Shown here piece by piece: positions 25,422 through 32,000 of a DNA stretch of 32,000 bases (its first letter is position 1; each line of letters begins with the position of its first letter). The position numbers were made by a program, and so were the translations under genes. The stretch is from Microcystis aeruginosa NIES-843 (GTDB lineage Bacteria > Cyanobacteriota > Cyanobacteriia > Cyanobacteriales > Microcystaceae). A model generated the notes under the pieces. That model had not been told where the DNA came from. It made no database searches and worked only from the letters and a program-made list of their open reading frames with translations. Location: NCBI RefSeq assembly GCF_000010625.1, contig NC_010296.1, positions 4,770,001 through 4,802,000 of the forward strand, read 5' to 3'.

Positions 25422-26606
25422 TTAGCGATCAACTGACCCCATAATAATATCAATACTGCCTAAAATCGCCATAATATCGGCAACTTTTACCCCTTTGAGG
25501 ATATGAGGCAGAATTTGAAGATTATTAAAATCGGCGGCCCGAATTTTCCAACGCCAAGGGAAAACATCATCATTACCGACGATAAAGATACCTAATTCCC
25601 CTTTACCACTTTCCAAGCGCACATAATGTTCACCTTTAGGAATCTTAAAAGTGGGGGCGACTTTTTTGGCGATATATTGATAGTCAAAATCATTCCAAGC
25701 TGATTTTTTCCCTTCTGCCATCCGTTTTGCTTCCAGATTTTCGTAGGGACCACCGGGTAAACCTTTCAGTGCTTGCCGGATAATTTTCACCGATTCGCGC
25801 ATTTCCCGAATCCGCACCAGATAACGAGCAAAACAATCGCCGGCGGTTTCCCAATGCACTTCCCAGTCAAAATCGTCGTAACACTCGTAATGGTCAACTT
25901 TTCTTAAATCCCATTTCACCCCGGAAGCGCGTAACATCGGACCAGATAAACCCCAGTTAATCGCTTCGTCTCTGGTAATGCAGCCTATCCCTTCAATACG
26001 ACGGCGGAAAATCGGGTTATTAGTGATTAATTTCTCGTATTCGTCCACTTTCGGGTCAAAATAGTCACAGAAATCCACGCACTTATCCACCCATCCGTAG
26101 GGTAAATCTACCGCCACGCCACCAATACGGAAATAATTATTATTAATTAACCGCATTCCCGTGGCAGCTTCCCAGAGGTCATAAATCATCTCCCGTTCCC
26201 GGAAAATGTAGAAAAAGGGAGTTTGTGCGCCTACATCCGCCATAAAGGGGCCTAACCAGAGTAAATGGTTAGCGATGCGGTTGAGTTCCAACATAATCAC
26301 CCGGATATATTGCGCTCGTTTGGGAACGGCGATATCGGCTAATTTTTCGGGAGCATTGACCGTAATCGCCTCATTAAACATCCCTGCGGCGTAATCCCAA
26401 CGACTAACGTAGGGAACGTACATGACATTAGTGCGATTTTCGGCAATTTTTTCCATGCCCCGATGAAGATAACCGATCACGGGTTCACAGTCAATCACGT
26501 CTTCCCCGTCAAGGGTGACGATTAAGCGCAAAACTCCGTGCATCGAAGGGTGATGGGGTCCCATGTTTAAAACCATGGGTTCTGTTCTCGTTTCAATTTT
26601 TGCCAT
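25422..26606 (-). CDS. ndhH: NAD(P)H-quinone oxidoreductase (NDH-1) subunit H, 394 aa
   Basis: [28 protein letters not shown]... is a textbook NdhH sequence. The start is trimmed to the ATG at 26606, giving the canonical 394 aa. Confidence 0.95.
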   Translation of the reverse strand: MAKIETRTEPMVLNMGPHHPSMHGVLRLIVTLDGEDVIDCEPVIGYLHRGMEKIAENRTNVMYVPYVSRWDYAAGMFNEAITVNAPEKLADIAVPKRAQYIRVIMLELNRIANHLLWLGPFMADVGAQTPFFYIFREREMIYDLWEAATGMRLINNNYFRIGGVAVDLPYGWVDKCVDFCDYFDPKVDEYEKLITNNPIFRRRIEGIGCITRDEAINWGLSGPMLRASGVKWDLRKVDHYECYDDFDWEVHWETAGDCFARYLVRIREMRESVKIIRQALKGLPGGPYENLEAKRMAEGKKSAWNDFDYQYIAKKVAPTFKIPKGEHYVRLESGKGELGIFIVGNDDVFPWRWKIRAADFNNLQILPHILKGVKVADIMAILGSIDIIMGSVDR

Positions 26607-26762
26607 AGGGCTACCGATGATCCCGAAAATCTTTTTAAAGTCATTATAAGTAAACGCCTTGACAATACACAAGGACTATCGGGTATCAGGAGACGGCCGG
26701 CAGAATTTAGGAGGCAGTCACGATGCAACAAGTTACACTGTCAAGCATGAAAATATTCTGAT

Positions 26763-26820
26763 CCTAAATCCAGTTATTAAAAACTGATTATGTATTCCCC
26801 CTCTTGCCTCTTGCCTGTCC
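26763..26820. repeat. Dispersed ~60-bp repeat, copy 2 (inverted relative to 20161-20224)
   Basis: cctaaatccagttattaaaaactgattatgtattccccctcttgcctcttgcctgtcc. Confidence 0.75.
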
Positions 26821-27069
26821 TGATATATAGCCTATACTCAAGGGATTTAGTATTACTTGAGATCTGATTACTCAATCCAAGCTTTTGGGGGGTTCTACCC
26901 CCCAAACCCCCCCGTTGGGGGCGTGGCGCCGCCCCCAAACCCCCCGCGCATTAGTTTTTCGGTGGGATGCTTACACGCAGCCGCTGACACATCTGTAATG
27001 ATTTGAGAGTCACTCCCCTTGCAGGAGTGTCTCTGCTGATATGTAGCCTATACTCAAAGGATTTAGTAT
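26820..27069. repeat. 34-bp direct repeats (26820-26853 and 27036-27069, 32/34 identical) bracketing a 182-bp G/C-hairpin cluster
   Basis: ctgatatRtagcctatactcaaRggatttagtat appears twice. The internal hairpins are ttgggggg/ccccccaa (26885-26905), ttgggggcg/cgcccccaa (26915-26938) and cactcc/ggagtg (27011-27029). Confidence 0.85.
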
Positions 27070-27154
27070 GATCGACGAATTGGCGTTATTTCAGCTTCTA
27101 TTTTCAAGTCAGTCAGGATTTAGGAGATTATTTTATTTATTCTCCCCATTTCTC

Positions 27155-27939
27155 GTTACAGTAGAGCAGGAAGTCGCCTTCCCACCCCCTGCTTCAAAAC
27201 CGGACTTACGACTTTCGCCGTATCCGGCTCCTGAGTAACTAGGCTACTGTCATTAGTAGAATAATAATGGGAATTATTATTTCCTTGTCTATTCAACCCT
27301 CTTGGCTGTATCCCCACCAGACAAGATTGTTGGTTTTAGGGCGTATATGACCGTTGATTGTTGCTTAGACTTCCTAGTTACCCGTCCTTTGTCAGCATAT
27401 CTTTGATATTACTCAAAGCCTTGGCTTTTAAGGACATCCTCTCCCTCTATTGACTTGCGGATGGTTTCCTACTGCCCCGAACGGGCAGAGTCAATCAGGG
27501 TTACTTCGTTCCCTATAACCATTGGTTGAACCCTTAGGATGATACTGTCCACAACAGAGTAACGGGAATGCCTTACTGATAGTGGTATGAGCTATCAGCC
27601 CCAACTCTGTTAACTTTTGTTTCGAGCCTGTCAGCCTTTTGGCTCGTGGGTGTTGACGATGGTTAATTCGTATCTTCGCCCCAGGGCTATCCATAGGTTC
27701 TGGCTCAACGGGTTTCTGATTTAGGCTATCAGATACCGCTTTTTTTTCCTCGCTCACTACCTCAGATGTACCAAGTCTAAAGCAGCAGGAAATGCCGTCA
27801 CTCTAGGCATCTAGAGGACAGGACTAAGGTTATTACTAACCCGCACCTGTAGGGTTATAAAGTTATCAAGGTACTACATTTACCAAGCGGCTAATCCTCT
27901 AAACGTCTTACTGTCTAGTTTCTAGCCAACGAATCGCAC
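27155..27939 (-). mobile_element. ORF-less group II intron (about 785 nt)
   Basis: On minus, the 5' end is GTGCG (27939-27935). Domain V is GAGCCGGAUACGGCGAAAGUCGUAAGUCCGGUUU (27230-27197): a 9-bp lower stem with the AGC triad, a 2-nt AA bulge, a 5-bp upper stem and a GAAA loop. Domain VI is a hairpin with a GCGA loop and a bulged A (27162), 7 nt before a ...AAC 3' end (27155). No reverse-transcriptase ORF. Confidence 0.75.
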
Positions 27940-28012
27940 CACACCCCACACCCTACACCCCACACCCCACACCCCACACCCCACACTCCACACCCCACAC
28001 CCCCACTTCCCC
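27940..28012. repeat. C-rich heptamer array, about 10 units of (A)CACCCC; abuts the 5' splice site of the intron
   Basis: cacaccccacaccctacaccccacaccccacaccccacaccccacactccacaccccacacccccacttcccc. Confidence 0.9.
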
Positions 28013-28214
28013 GCTTGATCGAGTACAATATGTTCAGCAAAATCGATCGGTTATTAGCTTTGATTAGTCCTTCGGTAAGAGTTATAAACCAGAGAAAAGA
28101 GCCATTAAGAGCGGCAATAAGCTGAAAAAGCTCAAAAACTGAATTTTAGGCTGAAGGCTGACGTTAGCTTGCTGAAAGCTGAATCCCGTTGATATTTTTT
28201 TTACTTGAATCACC

Positions 28215-31184
28215 GTGGTTATCCAAATCGACTCAACTCAAAACTACGAAACTAAAACCCAAGAGATCGCTAGACAACTTTTAGCCGAAACTCGGGAAAA
28301 AAAAGGTCTTTGGTCTGCTTTACAGGATCAAATGCGTTGGGATGATAAATTACTCGATTGGGCAATGTCTAACCCCAATTTACGAGTACAATTATTCCGT
28401 TTTATTGACTGTTTACCCGCTTTACGCAGTAATGCCGAGATCGCTAATCATCTCCAACAATACCTCGGTGATGCTTCCGTAGAACTGCCCAGTGCGCTGA
28501 AAAGTATCCTCAACTTTAGTGATCCTAACTCCCTACCCGCTCAAACGGCCGCCAGTCTGATCAGTAAATCCGTAGAAACCTTAGCTCGTAAGTATATCGC
28601 CGGGGAAGACCTAGGGCAAATTACTCGCACTGTCACCCGTCTGCGGAAGGAAAAAATGGCTTTTACCATAGATCTCCTCGGTGAAGCGGTAATTACTGAA
28701 GCGGAAACCCAAGTTTATCTACAAAGTTATCTGGATTTAATGACCCATTTGGCTCAAGAAGCGAGCAAATGGAATAAAGTTAGCCAAATTGATGAAGCGG
28801 ACGGCGACTTATTACCACAAGTGCAGGTTTCTGTCAAGCTAACTGCCTTTTATTCTCAGTTTGATCCCATGGATCCGATTGGTAGTAAGGAGAAAGTTTG
28901 CGATCGCATTCGCCTACTGTTGCGACGCGCTCAGGAGTTAGGGGTGGCAGTCCATTTTGATATGGAACAGTACGTTTATAAAAACCTCACCCTGGCTATC
29001 CTGAAAGAATTACTCCTAGAAGAAGAATTTCGCAGTCGTACCGATATTGGCATCACCCTACAGGCATATTTAAGAGATTCTGCCCAAGATTTACAAGATT
29101 TAATTAATTGGGCCAAAAAGCGCGGTTATCCCCTGACTGTCCGGCTAGTCAAAGGCGCTTACTGGGATCAGGAAACGATTAAATCTCGGCAAAATCATTG
29201 GCCACAGCCGGTATATAACGAAAAATCGGCCACAGATGCCAATTATGAACGGATGACGCAGTTATTATTGGAAAATCATCAATATTTATACGCCGCCATC
29301 GGTAGTCATAACGTGCGATCACAAGCCTTGGCCTGTGCGATCGCAGAAAGTTTAGAAATTCCCCGTCGTCGCTTTGAAATGCAGGTATTGTACGGCATGG
29401 GCGACCAATTAGCCAAAGCGTTAGTGAAGCGGGGTCATCGGGTGCGGGTTTATTCCCCCTACGGACAACTCTTACCCGGTATGGCCTACCTAATCCGCCG
29501 TTTATTAGAAAATACCGCTAATAGTTCCTTCCTAAGGCAAAATTTGGAGGATCGTCCCGTGGAAGATTTAATCGCAGCCCCCCGGGTTTTAGGCAAGGAT
29601 AACCCGATTATCCCCGGTTTTCCTAATGCCCCCGATACAGATTATGCCAACGAGCAATTACGAAATAAAGCGAGTCAAGCCCTTACTTTTGTCAAAAATT
29701 CCCTCGGTAAAACCTATTTACCCCTAATTAACGGCGAATACGTCGCCACCAATGTTCAAATTAATTCCGTTAATCCCTGTAACCCGCAGGAAATAGTGGG
29801 TAAAGTGGGCTTAATTGAGGTGGAACAGGCAGAAAAAGCGATCATAGCGGCAAAACAGGCTTTTCCCGCTTGGAAACGCACTCCAGTGGCTAAAAGAGCC
29901 GAAATACTGCGAAAAGCGGCGGATTTGATGGAAGCGCGACGACACGAGTTATCGGCCTGGATTTGTTTGGAAGTGGGCAAAGTTATCCAACAGGCGGATC
30001 CGGAAGTGTCAGAAGCGATCGATTTTTGCCGTTATTACGCCTCCGAGATGGAAAGACTGGATTTAGGGCATAATTTCGACGTAGCAGGTGAGAATAATCG
30101 TTATTCCTACCAACCCCGGGGTATTGCTTTAGTGATTTCTCCCTGGAATTTCCCCCTAGCGATCGCAGTTGGAATGACAGTAGCGGCTTTAGTAGCAGGT
30201 AACTGTACGCTATTGAAACCTGCCGAGACTTCCTCGGTGATTACGGCGAAATTTGCCGAGATTCTCCTAGAAGCGGGTATTCCTGCCGGAGTCTTCCAAT
30301 ATATCCCGGGTAAAGGTTCGCAAGTGGGGGCGCATTTAGTTAGCCATCCCGATGTTCACCTAATCGCCTTCACCGGTTCACGAGAAGTGGGCTGTCGCAT
30401 CTATACAGATGCCTCCATCGTGCAAAAGGGTCAAAAACACCTAAAACGAGTTATCGCCGAAATGGGCGGCAAAAATGCCCTAATTGTCGATGAGAGTGCC
30501 GATTTAGATCAGGCCGTTGTCGGTGCGGTTAAGTCCGCTTTTGGCTACACCGGCCAGAAATGTTCCGCCTGTTCGCGGATAATTGTTCTGGAAAGCGTCT
30601 ATGATAGCTTTGTGGATCGCTTTGTCGAGGCTACCAAGTCCCTCAATATCGGGCCGACGGATTTACCGAGTACGGAAGTAGGACCGGTTATCGACGAGAA
30701 AGCTCAAGCAAGAATTCGGGAATATATCGAAACTGGTAAAAAAGAGGCTGAATTAGCCCTAGAAATGCCAATTCCAGAAGTGGGTTACTTCGTCAGTCCC
30801 ACCGTCTTTAAAAATGTTCCCCCTGATGCGGTAATAGCGATGGAGGAAATTTTTGGTCCAGTGGTGGCGATTATCAAAGTGAGCAATTTCGAGGAAGCTT
30901 TAGCTGTAGCTAACGGAACCGACTATGCTTTAACCGGCGGCTTATATTCTCGCACTCCTGCCCATATTAACCGAGCTATGCAGGAATTTGAAGTGGGAAA
31001 CCTCTATATTAACCGGGGAATCACCGGCGCGATTGTCTCCCGTCAACCCTTCGGGGGTTTCAAGATGTCGGGGGTAGGTTCCAAGGCTGGGGGTCCCGAT
31101 TATCTGCTGCAATTCCTCGAACCTCGTCACATCAGCGAGAATATTCAACGTCAGGGATTTGCACCGATTGAAGGGGCCGATTAA
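28215..31184 (+). CDS. putA: Bifunctional proline dehydrogenase / L-glutamate gamma-semialdehyde (P5C) dehydrogenase, 989 aa, GTG start
   Basis: N-terminal PRODH barrel region (..VRLVKGAYWDQE.., YLIRRLLENTANSSFL) and a C-terminal aldehyde dehydrogenase (EMGGKNALIV, GQKCSACSR). Confidence 0.93.
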   Translation: MVIQIDSTQNYETKTQEIARQLLAETREKKGLWSALQDQMRWDDKLLDWAMSNPNLRVQLFRFIDCLPALRSNAEIANHLQQYLGDASVELPSALKSILNFSDPNSLPAQTAASLISKSVETLARKYIAGEDLGQITRTVTRLRKEKMAFTIDLLGEAVITEAETQVYLQSYLDLMTHLAQEASKWNKVSQIDEADGDLLPQVQVSVKLTAFYSQFDPMDPIGSKEKVCDRIRLLLRRAQELGVAVHFDMEQYVYKNLTLAILKELLLEEEFRSRTDIGITLQAYLRDSAQDLQDLINWAKKRGYPLTVRLVKGAYWDQETIKSRQNHWPQPVYNEKSATDANYERMTQLLLENHQYLYAAIGSHNVRSQALACAIAESLEIPRRRFEMQVLYGMGDQLAKALVKRGHRVRVYSPYGQLLPGMAYLIRRLLENTANSSFLRQNLEDRPVEDLIAAPRVLGKDNPIIPGFPNAPDTDYANEQLRNKASQALTFVKNSLGKTYLPLINGEYVATNVQINSVNPCNPQEIVGKVGLIEVEQAEKAIIAAKQAFPAWKRTPVAKRAEILRKAADLMEARRHELSAWICLEVGKVIQQADPEVSEAIDFCRYYASEMERLDLGHNFDVAGENNRYSYQPRGIALVISPWNFPLAIAVGMTVAALVAGNCTLLKPAETSSVITAKFAEILLEAGIPAGVFQYIPGKGSQVGAHLVSHPDVHLIAFTGSREVGCRIYTDASIVQKGQKHLKRVIAEMGGKNALIVDESADLDQAVVGAVKSAFGYTGQKCSACSRIIVLESVYDSFVDRFVEATKSLNIGPTDLPSTEVGPVIDEKAQARIREYIETGKKEAELALEMPIPEVGYFVSPTVFKNVPPDAVIAMEEIFGPVVAIIKVSNFEEALAVANGTDYALTGGLYSRTPAHINRAMQEFEVGNLYINRGITGAIVSRQPFGGFKMSGVGSKAGGPDYLLQFLEPRHISENIQRQGFAPIEGAD

Positions 31185-31209
31185 GCGATATAGCCAAAAT
31201 TGGCGATTA

Positions 31210-31229
31210 TTGGGGGTTTATACCCCCAA
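31210..31229 (+). terminator. Hairpin 26 nt after the putA stop
   Basis: ttggggg-tttata-cccccaa. It belongs to the same hairpin family as 26885-26905. The U-tract is weak. Confidence 0.35.
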
Positions 31230-31253
31230 ATCGGGTTAAATTATCGGCTAAGA

Positions 31254-31309
31254 CTAAATCCAGTTATTAAAAACTGATTATTTATTCTCCGTTTTGCCTT
31301 CTGCATGAG
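31254..31309. repeat. Dispersed ~60-bp repeat, copy 3
   Basis: ctaaatccagttattaaaaactgattatttattctccgttttgccttctgcatgag. Confidence 0.75.
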
Positions 31310-31310
31310 T

Positions 31311-31343
31311 AGAAAACGGGTTTCTCCGAGAAACCCGTTTTCT
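31311..31343. terminator. Perfect 15-bp-stem hairpin (candidate bidirectional terminator)
   Basis: agaaaacgggtttct-ccg-agaaacccgttttct. Confidence 0.4.
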
Positions 31344-31419
31344 GTGCGTTACTCAACGGATTTAGTATCAGGAGTCGGTCGTCAGGAGTCAGTATTCAGG
31401 AGACTATTTTTATTTGTTT

Positions 31420-31464
31420 TCCCTTCCCCCCACTTCCCTATCTCCCCACTCCCCTATCTCCCCC
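31420..31464. repeat. C-rich degenerate heptamer array
   Basis: cccttccccccacttccctatctccccactcccctatctcccccc, preceded by ggagactatttttattt (31398-31414). Confidence 0.75.
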
Positions 31465-31556
31465 CGCAACGCGCACGAAGTGGTCTCCCCACTCTCCTAG
31501 ACTTTTTAAACAGGATTTAGTATCACAGGGGACTCCCCAGCTGTTGTCTTTCCTAG

Positions 31557-32000
<444 letters not shown>

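Noticed and set aside
26607-26672. Extended N-termini offered by the ORF track: ndhH from 26672, DUF29 from 17723, GTPase from 9208, ferredoxin from 14648, and the small ORF from 15191.
   Set aside because: The extensions run into upstream genes or repeat elements and are absent from the family-typical N-termini. I used the internal starts (26606, 17651, 9268, 14660, 15323) instead. The exact starts remain unverified.
27491-27757. 88-aa ORF on the intron strand inside the group II intron; a possible intron-encoded protein.
   Set aside because: It begins ~180 nt from the intron 5' end, in domain I rather than domain IV. It shows none of the RT motifs and is far too short. It is most likely a chance frame in structured RNA.
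27940-28012. Whether the heptamer arrays, the 34-bp direct repeats or the nested palindromes could be a CRISPR array.
   Set aside because: The repeat units are 7 nt with no spacers. The 34-mer occurs only twice. There is no regular 25-40-bp repeat/spacer periodicity and no cas genes in the window.

Overview
32-kb cyanobacterial chromosomal segment. Support: many HIP1 GCGATCGC palindromes (e.g. 251-258, 3363-3370, 12356-12363, 13677-13684), ndhH, and a ycf35-type cluster. The density and style of short dispersed repeats and IS elements suggests Microcystis, but that is inference without a database search. Core genes: an IscA-like Fe-S protein, rluD, an NAD-binding oxidoreductase, the DUF2997-Ycf35(DUF1257)-ferredoxin trio, a 7TM-HD (PgpH-like) phosphohydrolase, ndhH, putA and the 5' part of pgm. 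Accessory material is interleaved: an edge-truncated type IIG restriction-modification gene (1-3718, minus; missing from the ORF track because it runs off the window); an IS1634-group IS; an ISL3 IS with a perfect 8-bp target duplication; a 139-bp MITE; several short dispersed repeat families; four C-rich (CCCCACA-like) heptamer arrays; an ORF-less group II intron (27155-27939, minus) sitting exactly at the edge of one array; twin Uma2 (DUF820) nuclease genes plus DUF29 behind the HD-hydrolase gene; a decayed TA-like pair; and a large metzincin-PPC-Calx-beta-RTX exoprotein. My best candidate for an undescribed system is the orphan Ras-like GTPase plus novel-N-domain/Roadblock protein module at 9268-11351, which has an abutting 25-codon micro-ORF and a structured intergenic region. 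Second is the DUF29-Uma2-Uma2 string at 15.7-17.65 kb. All protein calls rest on reading the supplied translations and on hand translation; no homology search, covariance model or folding program was available.
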